A stretch of DNA of 57,685 nt, counting the filler, from Nemertoderma westbladi (Eukaryota; Animalia; Xenacoelomorpha): the NCBI GenBank assembly GCA_032718475.1. It is 2 parts of 2 records of this genome, joined end to end, with 100 filler letters (N's around TTAATTAATTAA, not from the genome) between each part and the next. Parts side by side here need not be neighbours in the genome. Positions count along the whole stretch, not along the records: positions 1 to 27,255 come from JAUCBJ010003438.1; 1 more part is not named here. One strand, given 5' to 3'. Under the pieces are notes generated by a model. That model ran no database searches and was not told the DNA's origin. It saw nothing but the letters and a program-made list of their open reading frames with translations. The position numbers and the translations under genes are program-made. How positions within the stretch are numbered: the stretch's first letter is position 1; each line of letters starts with the position of its first letter. Shown in pieces: positions 12,618-23,094 of the stretch.

Positions 12618-13742
12618 GAAGATCGTATACTAGAGGCAGTACAGGTTCTAGATGCTTGGGATAGGGATAATATGCAGATGCAGACAATTAACCAGGAACA
12701 GTTGAGGACATTAACTACTGATCCCGGATTCCAGTTATCGGTTAATCCAGGAACTGTCGGGGCGCTTAATCCTGGTTGTAACTCGGGGTCGCTTACTCCA
12801 GGAACTGTCGGGGCGCTTAATCCTGGTTGTAACTCGGGGTCGCTTACTCCAGGAACTGTCGAGGCGCTTAATCCTGGTTGTAACTCGGGGTCGCTTACTC
12901 CAGGAACTGTCGGGGCGCTTAATCCTGGTTGTAACTCGGGGTCGCTTACTCCAGGAACTGTCGAGGCGCTTAATCCTGGTTGTAACTCGGGGTCGCTTAC
13001 TCCAGGAACTGTCGGGGCGCTTAATCCTGGTTGTAACTCGGGGTCGCTTACTCCAGGAACTGTCGAGGCGCTTAATCCTGGTTGTAACTCGGGGTCGCTT
13101 ACTCCACGAACTATCGGTCCGCTTAATCCCGGTTGTAACTCGGGGTCTCTTACTCCTCCAGGAACTGGAGATGTGAATGAGGGCACACGTACGGAAGCCC
13201 GTCGAAAGCCGTATGAAATATTAATGGATAAACTAAATACCATAATTGAAACACAGAAGTTTCACAGTAAACTGCTTAGTAACATCATAAATCCGGCAGC
13301 AGTCATGCTCCCTGATAATAATATTAATGAATATATACATCTACCAGTTGCCACTGTTGCTGAACTCGAGGATTTGAACAAGGAACTCATCAATGATTCT
13401 TCTTATAAAGCCACGATGAATCGACTGAAACTAGTTGGTGGCTCAACTTTGACTGGTTCCGCTACTGCTATTCTAAAGGCCACAATCACTGAAGAACTCG
13501 CTTCAAAACTTAGCTGGTGCGGATTTGATCGAAAAAACAATGCAGGTGTTCAGAAAACTGCAATTAAAGAAACTTTATTTGTTCAACTGGTAACTGAATC
13601 TGTTTTGTCATCTCCTCTGTTTCAGGAGGAACGTTGTATCGGTGTGAAAATCGTTCACAATCGCATCAAAGAGTGGCTTAAACATGCCCCAGCACGATTC
13701 AGAAAACGTAAATGCATTGCTGTTGATGTTGAATGTGACTAA
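12618..13742 (+). CDS. DUF4806-like transposon accessory protein, terminal exon
   Basis: Acceptor TTTTTGTTTTAG|GAA is in frame with ORF 12672-13742. C-terminal LPVATVAELEDLNKEL...LVGG...LSWCG...IKEWLKHAPAR resembles DUF4806 proteins of animal EnSpm-like elements. Confidence 0.7.
   Translation, partial: EDRILEAVQVLDAWDRDNMQMQTINQEQLRTLTTDPGFQLSVNPGTVGALNPGCNSGSLTPGTVGALNPGCNSGSLTPGTVEALNPGCNSGSLTPGTVGALNPGCNSGSLTPGTVEALNPGCNSGSLTPGTVGALNPGCNSGSLTPGTVEALNPGCNSGSLTPRTIGPLNPGCNSGSLTPPGTGDVNEGTRTEARRKPYEILMDKLNTIIETQKFHSKLLSNIINPAAVMLPDNNINEYIHLPVATVAELEDLNKELINDSSYKATMNRLKLVGGSTLTGSATAILKATITEELASKLSWCGFDRKNNAGVQKTAIKETLFVQLVTESVLSSPLFQEERCIGVKIVHNRIKEWLKHAPARFRKRKCIAVDVECD
12747..13168 (+). repeat. 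Coding minisatellite, 51 bp x about 8 (PGTV[G/E]ALNPGCNSGSLT)
   Basis: Frame-preserving tandem unit ccaggaactgtcg[g/a]ggcgcttaatcctggttgtaactcggggtcgcttact. Confidence 0.95.
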
Positions 13743-13743
13743 A

Positions 13744-14968
13744 GTGGGTAGGAAGGTAATATGGTGGGTGTGAGTGGGTGGGTAGGAAGGTAATATGGTG
13801 GGTGTGAGTGGGTAGGAAGGTAATATGGTGGGTGTGAGTGGGTAGGAAGGTAATATGGTGGGTGTGAGTGGGTGGGAAGGTACTATGGTGGGTGTGAGTG
13901 GGTAGGAAGGTAATATGGTGGGTGTGAGTGGGTGGGTAGGAAGGTAATATGGTGGGTGTGAGTGGGTGGGTAGGAAGGTAATATGGTGGGTGTGAGTGGG
14001 TGGGTAGGAAGGTAATATGGTGGGTGTGAGTGGGTAGGAAGGTAATATGGTGGGTGTGAGTGGGTGGGTAGGAAGGTAATATGGTGCGTGTGAGTGGGTA
14101 GGAAGGTAATATGGTGGGTGTGAGTGGGTAGGAAGGTAATATTGTGGGTGTGAGTGGGTAGGAAGGTAATATGGTGGGTGTGAGGGGGTAGGAAGGTAAT
14201 ATGGTGGGTGTGAGTGGGTAGGAAGGTAATATGGTGGGTGTGAGTGGGTGGGTAGGAAGGTAATATGGTGGGTGTGAGTGGGTAGGAAGGTAATATGGTG
14301 GGTGTGAGTGGGTGGGTAGGAAGGTAATATGGTGGGTGTGAGTGGGTAGGAAGGTAATATGGTGGGTGTGAGTGGGTAGGAAGGTAATATGGTGGGTGTG
14401 AGTGGGTAGGAAGGTAATATGGTGGGTGTGAGTGGGTAGGAAGGTAATATGGTGGGTGTGAGTGGGTAGGAAGGTAATATGGTGGGTGTGAGTGGGTAGG
14501 AAGGTAATATGGTGGGTGTGAGGGGGTAGGAAGGTAATATGGTGGGTGTGAGTGGGTAGGAAGGTAATATGGTGGGTGTGAGTGGGTAGGAAGGTAATAT
14601 GGTGGGTGTGAGTGGGTGGGTAGGAAGGTAATATGGTGGGTGTGAGTGGGTAGGAAGGTAATATGGTGGGTGTGAGTGGGTAGGAAGGTACTATGGTGGG
14701 TGTGAGTGGGTAGGAAGGTAATATGGTGGGTGTGAGTGGGTGGGTAGGAAGGTAATATGGTGGGTGTGAGTGGGTGGGTAGGAAGGTAATATGGTGGGTG
14801 TGAGTGGGTAGGAAGGTAATATGGTGGGTGTGAGTGGGTAGGAAGGTAATATGGTGGGTGTGAGTGGGTAGGAAGGTAATATGGTGGGTGTGAGTGGGTA
14901 GGAAGGTAATATGGTGGGTGTGAGTGGGTAGGAAGGTAATATGGTGGGTGTGAGTGGGTAGGAAGTAA
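13744..14968 (+). repeat. 30/34-bp G-rich minisatellite (about 39 units) starting immediately after the stop codon
   Basis: Unit GTGG(GTGG)GTAGGAAGGTAATATGGTGGGTGTGA, strongly G/T-skewed on the plus strand. Confidence 0.95.
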
Positions 14969-16009
14969 CTCATGTCATATGTCCTATTGTAATGTCATAT
15001 ACTATTTTACACAACTATTGCTCCCATTAATGCTCATTCATTAAAAATATTCAAATATTTAAAAAATAACATTTTTTGACATTTATGTGGTCATTTTCAG
15101 TTTATCTACCCAAAAAAAAATTTTATATAAGTAAAAATAATCCGAGCAGGAAAGGGATAAGATAAATACAGTTTTATATTTTTACTGAATTTTTTACTGT
15201 ATTTTTACTTGATTCTCTTGATTTTACATTTCCTCTCCATCTTTTTATATTCATTTCCAAATCAAACTTGTGCTAAATATATCAGTGCTATTTTAATTTG
15301 TGTTTATTAGTTGATAATTAACAATTTATTCGGATATTAAATTTATCGTACAATGGTTACATTATATAATAATGTTTTTTCTTTATTATAGTATCAACAA
15401 ACACCGTCAAGAAAGTAAAATCAATTTCAATCATAACTGTCACGGATCTAAGCGATGTAAAAAGCGACGCGTACGTGCTTGTGTGGTGTAGTTATTTGGC
15501 GTCTGTTATTGGTACGTGTCTAGCACGTCATTTGACGTGCTTGTGTGGTGTAGTTATTTGACGTCTGTTATTGGTACGTGTCTAGCACGTCATTTGACGT
15601 GCTTGTGTGGTGTTCCAGTGTAGTATTTGACGTCTGATGACGTAATTGACACGTGTCTAGCAAGTCATTTGACGTAAACTGTAGCACGTCATGGTTTGTC
15701 GTGCTCAAACACGTGTTTGACACTTCCAAAATACACGTAGCCAGGACGTCATTTTCAACACGTTGACGTCAAATAATTACGTCGTATCCACGTGTTTTAG
15801 ACGTGTTGATGCTTATAGGGTACAGTATGATGGTCCAAAACACGCTAAATAATGCAGGGAAAGTAGTGAAAGAATGCATCGCAGACATGAGACAATGTTA
15901 CTCCCGCAACTTAATGCGTCATTAACATTAACAATTACGAAGCTGAGGTAACAGATGTGATTCCACCATCTAGCAATTTCACTTTTGATGAAACCAATGC
16001 ACTGCAATG

Positions 16010-16500
16010 TGAGCAACCAGCCTGGGGACAAACGGGTTATCTGCAAGCATGGTTTGAAACGTGTGGAGCATATTATTTCAAAATCAAAACAGGCGGTAAC
16101 TCTTATGTTCAGTGGATCAGCGGATGATAATTTATTGCCTCTTATGGTGGATATATAAAGCTGGAAGATACCAGTACGATCTGGAATGCGGGGGGGGGGG
16201 GGGGGGGTGGGCTATCCGGACAATTTGCGATGCAACAGAATCGGGATGGTTCGATATGGCAAAGTTTGAAAGGTGGTACTTCAATGTATTTCTACCAGCT
16301 GCCAATAAACTGAATGGGAAAAAATTATAATTGGTGATAATCTATCTAGTCACCTCTCTATTAAAGTTGTTCTTAGCTGCGAATCAAATAATATTAGTTA
16401 TATTCCTCTTGTTCCTAATGCCACTCACTTACTACAACCTACAACCCTTGGATGTGGCCTTTTTTAGACCTCTGACTGACTGAAGGCAGCTGGGCGGGCA
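16010..16500 (+). pseudogene. pogo/Tigger-like DDE_1 transposase fragment
   Basis: PGDKRVICKHGLKRVE..SKQAVTLMFSGSA..ESGWFDMAKFERWY..IGDNLSSH..PNATHLLQP/LDVAFFRPL, frameshifted. Confidence 0.85.
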
Positions 16501-16731
16501 ATACTAACAAAGCGGCGTATTGAATCTGTGAAAATCACCAGGAAGGGAAGGAATGACAAGAGACCACCTGTAGCGATTCCAAAAACACAAGTGCCCATCC
16601 ATATACAGTATTTAATGTTGCGGATTGACGTCGAGCGTGGCGTGAGCATATTATATGTTGAGCCTCCAGGGGGCTGGAGGGAAGAACTGGGGTGAGGGTC
16701 TTGCCACGTATGTAAATAAAAGAGTTTATGC

Positions 16732-16895
16732 CCAAGTTGTGTACCTTTTGTACCTATTATGTACCAAGTTGTGTACCTTTTGTACCTATTATGTACCAAG
16801 ATGTGTACCTTTTGCACCTACTACTGTATGTACCAAGTTGCGTACCTTTTGTACCTATTATGTAACAGTTGTGTACGGTCTTGTACCTATTTATG
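16732..16895. repeat. About 32-bp minisatellite, about 5 copies
   Basis: ccaagttgtgtaccttttgtacctattatgta repeated. Confidence 0.85.
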
Positions 16896-18839
16896 TTTCC
16901 TAAAGTAAAGATGTGTAATCTGATTATTATTATGATTGTTACATAACATGGTATAGAGACTATCTTATCTTATAACCGTTATCAACAGTGTTGTAGTCAT
17001 AATTTGCAACGTTTCGTTGAAATAATCACTTGAAATATTCGAATACATTCTACCCATAATAATTAATACTAATTGCAAAACTATTTTTCTATGCGGAAAT
17101 CCAGACTGAATGTCTCTCTCTTGATATCTGTTGTTCCTTTGCGCCAATATTATTAGAGTGTATTTAACAAATTTATTGTATCCGTTGAAATGTATTTGTT
17201 AAACAATAATTTAGTTGTCATGATTTTTAAGTAAGATTAGGTTAATTAAAGCTATTATAAAATTATTATTATTATCCTGGGGGAAACTTTACAGCTTTAT
17301 CGAAACTCTTAGCTCCATGGTAAGTATAGCTCCTCGAAACTCTATGGAGCTCCATGGTAAGTATAGCTCCACGAAACTAACTCTAGTTATAATCTAATAA
17401 CTCTATTAACTCGAAACTCTATTTGTTTCGTTACGCTCGCCAAATAATAACACTCGACAAAAAAAGCCAACTTTTTTGCCACCACATGTGCGGTAGTGGA
17501 AAATATTGAAATAATTAAATGACAGACTGAAGTAATTTGACTTAAATGCAATGGGCCATTATTTCTATTTTTAACCCTGTTGAAAATTATTAATTCAGAC
17601 TATTTTAATTGCAAAATTATATTATATTAAGAAATTTACTGCTTAAATTTACTTGCACATGCCTTAAACCACCAAGCCACTGAACTTACCAATGGAGATA
17701 TTTCCAGTGACCATAGCATGGACCAATCGCAGGAGACATCTACCTTCTCACCTGTGACACCTTCACATGTGCAATGTGGGCAGTGCTGAAAGGCTATGCA
17801 ACCAATCCAGAACCAAACTACTATGTTTGTATGTTGGATGGGCTAAATTTCTAGCATCAATAAGCTAAACTTGGAACCTCCAATATACTATCAGCTGGCT
17901 ATGATGCCACTACTGCTCAAATTTTAGGGCCCCTTGGAAGGTGGCGCACGGGGCCGTCTCCCCCCCCCCCCCCCCCCCCTTCTGCACGCCACTGCACGTT
18001 TCGGAAACAAGCTAGGCCTACAGTTCGTCGCAGTCCCCAATGAAAAAAAAATAAACAAAAAGAAACATTAAAAAAATTATTATACTTTGAAAAAAATTTC
18101 CCGATTTTTTCCCGAATTCCCAAACAATGGATATCTCCGGGTAGTAACTAAATGTTGAAAAAGAATAGAAGTCTTTTCCCAGAGAGGTCTGTTTTCGAGC
18201 AAAAGTCGGTACCCACTGGTACGCCATCACCATCCTGTCCCAACTTCGCAGCGGTTTTGTGTCGATGATCCAAAAGTGGCCATACAGTAGTGCTTTTTTT
18301 CTGACCTTCGTCCTGGAACCCCACGCAGCCAGGTACTCAGTACCTGGCTGACGTATCGTGCGGGGGGGGGGGGGGGGGGCTTTGGGGGCACTGCCCCCCC
18401 AGCCAGACATGTCTTGTTTACTCGTCTTGTTCACAATTAATTAATAATAATAGTGTTGACCCCAGTGATCAATATTATTGGATTCACATTGATATACTCA
18501 TAATAGGATACATACGTCTACATACACACTGACGTGACTCCCCACCATCCCATTTTGGTCTAATTATATAATACTACTACATGAAATTAACCTACCTACC
18601 TGTAATTACTAAAAATTCCCGAAAGTTCCAGGTTCTCTCATTGGCTACCAGGGGTTCTTTGTTGTGCACCCATTGTCTATTTGTCTGTAATTTGGGAGCC
18701 AGCTACGCGCTACTGGGTTGCTTGCGCTGGTATCAATATCTATATTTTGTTGTAACTTAACCTTAACCATATTATGCCTGAAGTGGGTCCTTCGCGCAGC
18801 ACGTGACATAAAATTATGTAAGTGTCAACCCGAAAGAAA

Positions 18840-19262
18840 TATAAGCAACATCTAAGCAGATGTCCCTTGATCACTTTACACTTAGAGGTAGTCTGGAAAA
18901 CTGCAGTCGATTTTTAATACCTCAGAAAAAGTTTAAATGACACAGGTAATGGTCTCGCACAATTCTGCCAAGTTTCCGCTTAAAAGTATTAAAAGCAAAG
19001 AAATGGGAGGACATTTAATGTATAGACATGTAGCCATCTAGCAGGAGACTGTTGAACTGATTGTGTCTAAAGTCGCTAAATAATGTCAAGTTTTGGACAT
19101 ATTTATGCCTACAAATTTTCAATTCGACAGCTTTAAATCTAACAAAGTTATTTGAATGTTACGTTAATGAAATCGTTACGTCAACAATTATTTGCCATTA
19201 TTGACATACTCCAATAGTGTCAGATCGCCAAGGCTCCGCCAACTTCGTGGCTCGCCCCATGC
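18840..19262 (-). mobile_element. Fragment of the same interspersed family as 35290-36290, inverted (Helentron/HINE-like)
   Basis: tagacatgtagccatctagcaggagactg..gtctaaagtcgctaaa is the reverse-complement match of about 36000-36060. ccaaggctccgccaacttcgtggctcgcccca matches about 35290-35320. Confidence 0.55.
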
Positions 19263-19550
19263 GCCTTTCAACAATATTGATTATATATGTACTAAATTAA
19301 CTCTCACTTGGTTGTATGCTCCCCAAATCCCAGTAATGGGTTTGCCCCCCCAGATTTGGCTTCTGCCCCCCCAGATATTATGATCACCATACGGGCCTGC
19401 AGGTACTATACACCGGCTTTCATTGCAGTAAAGAAAAGTGTAGGCGCCGTATTACCGCGGTATAATCAGTTTTCAGATCTACCTCCTCTACTAATTTATT
19501 ATGCCCTATATTAATTAAATAAAACACAGCAAAGATAGGTGGAATATTCT

Positions 19551-20254
19551 GACAAACGGGTTATCTGCAAGCATGGTTTGAAACGTGTGGAGCATATTAT
19601 TTCAAAATCAAAACAGGCGGTAACTCTTATGTTCAGTGGATCAGCGGATGATAATTTATTGCCTCTTATGGTGGATATATAAAGCTGGAAGATACCAGTA
19701 CGATCTGGAATGCGGGGGGGGGGGGGGGGGGGTGGGCTATCCGGACAATTTGCGATGCAACAGAATCGGGATGGTTCGATATGGCAAAGTTTGAAGGTGG
19801 TACTTCAATGTATTTCTACCAGCTGCCAATAAACTGAATGGGAAAAAATTATAATTGGTGATAATCTATCTAGTCACCTCTCTATTAAAGTTGTTCTTAG
19901 CTGCGAATCAAATAATATTAGTTATATTCCTCTTGTTCCTAATGCCACTCACTTACTACAACCTACAACCCTTGGATGTGGCCTTTTTTAGACTTCTGAC
20001 TGACTGAAGGCAGCTGGGCGGGCAATAATAACAAAGCGGCGTATTGAATCTGTGAAAATCACCAGGAAGGGAAGGAATGACAAGAGACCACCTGTAGCGA
20101 TTCCAAAAACACAAGTGCCCATCCATATACAGTATTTAATGTTGCGGATTGACGACGAGCGTGGCGTGAGCATATTATATGTTGAGCCTCCAGGGGGCTG
20201 GAGGGAAGAACTGGGGTGAGGGTCTTGCCACGTATATAAATATAAGTGTTTATG
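19551..20254 (+). repeat. Near-identical direct copy of 16027-16730 (pogo DDE pseudogene segment)
   Basis: Offset of 3524 bp at both ends, same frameshifts and poly-G tract, only a few substitutions/indels. Confidence 0.95.
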
Positions 20255-20295
20255 TCCGTATGCGCATTTCGCCCGTTTCGGGTGTCTTCAGCGGA
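20255..20295 (-). ncRNA. Minimal type-I hammerhead ribozyme-like motif (Penelope-like element type), possibly decayed
   Basis: Minus strand TCCG-CTGAAGA-CA-CCCG AAA CGGG-C-GAA-ATGCGCAT-A-CGGA: stem I TCCG/CGGA, core CUGANGA and GAAA, stem II, palindromic stem III. The usual G-C pair closing stem II is A-C here. Confidence 0.6.
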
Positions 20296-20298
20296 ATA

Positions 20299-20461
20299 TA
20301 TTAAACATTAAAAAACTAAATTAAATAAAATTCAAAGTAAATTTACAAATAAAACGAAATAGTGGTGATTGGAAGTCCAGTCGACTTCCAATCACCACTA
20401 TTTCGTTTTATTTGTAAATTTACTTTGAATTGTATTTAATTTGGTTTTTTAATGTTTAATA
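20299..20461. repeat. Near-perfect inverted repeat (79-bp arms, 5-nt loop)
   Basis: Arms 20299-20377 and 20383-20461 with 2 mismatches; loop CAGTC. Confidence 0.92.
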
Positions 20462-20704
20462 GTTTTTCAAATTTCAAGCAATATGATAAAGATTTGTAGA
20501 AAAAGTTAGGGGGGGGGGGGGTGTGTGTGTCCGTGTCATCAGAAAATGACACTTATTACGGGTCATGGTGCATAGTCCTAATATAAAACATCAGGGCATT
20601 CTAGAAAAAATTAAATTTCATGTGATGTGTTTTACATTTTGCCTTTGACTTGGTAGTGTGAACGCGGCCTTAAAGAATTAAGCAACAAAAAAATACCAAT
20701 TTAA

Positions 20705-20858
20705 GAATAAAATTACGTATTACATGGTGAAAAAACATAGAACATTTTTTTTCAATATTCTCCCAAGCCTTTATTAAGCTCGCTGGCGCTCGGTACATAA
20801 TATGCCTCGGGAATAGTGAAAAAAAATTATACTTATTTTCCCATGTAATTAATAATTA
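20705..20858. repeat. Imperfect palindromic element with central GCTCGCTGGCGCTCG
   Basis: tattacatggtgaaaa...tttttttcaatattctccc / cgggaatagtgaaaaaaa...ttttcccatgtaat. Confidence 0.45.
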
Positions 20859-20916
20859 TCTTTTTGTATTATTCCCACGGGAGAAGTATATTAATTATAA
20901 AACGGAGTTAATATTA

Positions 20917-22440
20917 TTAATCAAAATAATCCTCAATATCTATGTCTGGATCGAGAAGACTATCGCCATAGCAACTAACATCAGTTTGATTCAGCATTAA
21001 ATTCTCTATAGTTTCATCTAGTTGGGTGTCGCCTACTAGTATAGCACCTTTAATACGACCACCAACGGTGATCAGCTTAATGAATTCCTTTCGGGGAGTA
21101 AATCTAACCAGCAATTCTGATTGGTCAGCTGACAAACCCTGGCCGTTGTATAGACCCAACAGGACCACCTTAAAACCGAAAAATTCAGTCACGTGACTAT
21201 ACATCTCGAAACAGAAGTCAAGAGTAACATCTTCCGATCTGTCGTCCAAAGCGGCGTCTACACAACGCGCAGCGTAGACCCCCATCTGTCTAGCCTGAGT
21301 CCACAATCGCATCTGGAACCACAAAGGCGTGACCCCCCAGTCTGTCGTACAGACATCACCAGCGGCAAAGACCCCAGGGACCGAGGTCTCCATGCGAGTG
21401 TCCGCGAGAAGACCGCCGTCCAACGGGGATATCGTAGCGCCGACACCATTCCCAAAGAGATCCGTGTTGGGCGACACTCCGGTCGCGCTCACAACGAAGT
21501 CGCAACCTACGACACGCCCGTTGGAGAGTTCAACGTAGATTGGCCAGTCACCTAGAATCGCCACGTTGGCGCTAGGCAACTTAATGAGTTCATTGGGTTG
21601 CAATATTCGAGTTAATTCGCATTTATATTCGATTCTAATATTCCTATTTGATTTTCCGCCGATAATTAAATTCGATTTCCAGTCTGGTCCCAAGGCGGTG
21701 CCATAATGTTCTGTACCGGTAGTATCGTTACAATTATTAATATTAATATCACTAGAATCATTGGTATTTGTATAAATTGTCCGTTTAATGGGTTTAGAGT
21801 TTGGTTGATCAAGTTTTCCGTCTTCTAAAATCGGTAATAAAAACTCGGCTATTCCCGGATCGAAAAAGGTTTTCCCGATGGAGCCGTCTCGAATAGCCCA
21901 AACCACTTCGCATTCCGAGATCTCATAAACCAACTCAGTGGCTATCCCACCGTTACCTAGCAACACAATCCGTCTAGCATTAGCTAGCTTCGCGCAGAAT
22001 GTTTGCACACTCTCTGTGTCTCTGATACACAATACATTGGGGTTATTGCTATCTATAGAATTCGGTTTGCCTCCGGTACAAACACAAAGTTTACTAAACG
22101 CAATACACATTCCGGATTTGGTATAAACGCTACTGTTCGCTGCGTCAATTCTCGTAACTGTGTCTGTTACCACGGTTACGTTGGGATAGAGTCGTTCTAA
22201 CACCGTGGCTTCCCGCTCCTCTACCATGAACGTTTCCATGACAACGGCAACCTGTTTGAACGCGGTCACAGCTTTTACGAGTCTAGAACAAGAAATTAGT
22301 ATGATTGGTTGTTGACTACGGAGTATGGCGAGGTGCTCAACAAATGAAACTCCAGCTATTCCTCCTCCAATTACAACAACGGGTGTCGACGACGCTTTAA
22401 AATCTTGATTTGGGGTTAGGCTGGTCCTCCTAGTATCCAT
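20917..22440 (-). CDS. PYROXD1: Pyridine nucleotide-disulphide oxidoreductase domain-containing protein 1 (single-ORF CDS)
   Basis: 507 aa; VVVIGGGIAG FAD motif, IRDTESV, GNGGIATELVYE, ALGPDW, AAGDVC, WFQMRLWTQARQMG, HVTEFFGFKVVLLG, C-terminal LLDPDIDIEDYFD. Confidence 0.95.
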   Translation of the reverse strand: MDTRRTSLTPNQDFKASSTPVVVIGGGIAGVSFVEHLAILRSQQPIILISCSRLVKAVTAFKQVAVVMETFMVEEREATVLERLYPNVTVVTDTVTRIDAANSSVYTKSGMCIAFSKLCVCTGGKPNSIDSNNPNVLCIRDTESVQTFCAKLANARRIVLLGNGGIATELVYEISECEVVWAIRDGSIGKTFFDPGIAEFLLPILEDGKLDQPNSKPIKRTIYTNTNDSSDININNCNDTTGTEHYGTALGPDWKSNLIIGGKSNRNIRIEYKCELTRILQPNELIKLPSANVAILGDWPIYVELSNGRVVGCDFVVSATGVSPNTDLFGNGVGATISPLDGGLLADTRMETSVPGVFAAGDVCTTDWGVTPLWFQMRLWTQARQMGVYAARCVDAALDDRSEDVTLDFCFEMYSHVTEFFGFKVVLLGLYNGQGLSADQSELLVRFTPRKEFIKLITVGGRIKGAILVGDTQLDETIENLMLNQTDVSCYGDSLLDPDIDIEDYFD

Positions 22441-22873
22441 ATCGCAGCAGTTAGGCAGTGAAGATTCAAAGCATCAGTTGCCCAGTGACCAATCGACCAA
22501 TCCAGTCAACCAGTTAGGCACAGCTGCACAGGCAGTTACCGTACATGGTGCCGGAAAGCAGAAAGCCTAGTGCAGTAGTGAGTCTGAGTACAGGAGTAGC
22601 AACAAAAATGGCTGAGGCTGAGCCATTAACAGATTAGCGGCATCCTACCCTCAACAGCTCACGCCTGCAAGCACCACTCTGCTGTTTGTACTGTACCGGT
22701 ATCACATCCAACATCACCACCTGACTGCCTGATGCCTGACTCTGACTGTCTGACAACAGCTAAATAAATACAGAAGTACTTTTGTAAGGCTACAGTTTGA
22801 ATTTCCCTCCAACACAATATCAACATACTGTAACTGTAATATTATTTCTGGCTGTTTGCTAGAAAAGGGACTG

Positions 22874-23094
22874 TATGGGGCGCCGTGGGCTTCAAAAATA
22901 TGAAAATGTCGGCGACTGGTTTAGATTTCGGCTTAGATTTCGGCCTAGATTTCGGCTTAGAATCTTGGCCGAAATCTTGGCCGAAATCTAAGCCGAAATC
23001 TTGGCCAAAATCTAGGCCGAAATCTAAACCAGTCGCCGAGAATCTGAACCAGTCGCCGACATTTTCATATTTTTGAAGCCCACGGCGCCCCATA
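22874..23094. mobile_element. 221-bp MITE with 6-bp TSD (IS3EU-like termini)
   Basis: About 48-bp perfect TIR TATGGGGCGCCGTGGGCTTCAAAAATATGAAAATGTCGGCGACTGGTT. TSD GGACTG at 22868-22873 and 23095-23100. Internal head-to-head 12-bp repeats TAGATTTCGGCY. Confidence 0.85.

Larger units (their letters stand above)
7511..15820. mobile_element. EnSpm/CACTA(CMC)-like element, apparently non-autonomous, carrying a DUF4806-like gene
   Basis: TIR CCCTATAAGCAT...ATGCTTATAGGG with TA on both flanks (2-bp TSD). Subterminal ACGT-core repeats at about 7520-7860 and 15465-15810. CCC termini with a 2-bp TSD fit animal EnSpm-like elements. No transposase ORF seen. Confidence 0.75.

Noticed and set aside
12614-13243. 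209-aa antisense ORF
   Set aside because: Shadow of the 51-bp coding repeat; no independent evidence.
13699-14973. 424-aa His/Thr/Pro-rich ORF
   Set aside because: It is the stop-free reverse strand of the 30/34-bp minisatellite, and the peptide changes with each 4-nt indel.
21193-22200. Short plus-strand ORFs over PYROXD1 (likewise 28204-29208 over STX18)
   Set aside because: Antisense shadows of real CDSs with no recognisable motifs.
22842-23093. ORFs with DFGL/PKSK repeats
   Set aside because: Translations of the MITE's internal 12-bp repeats.
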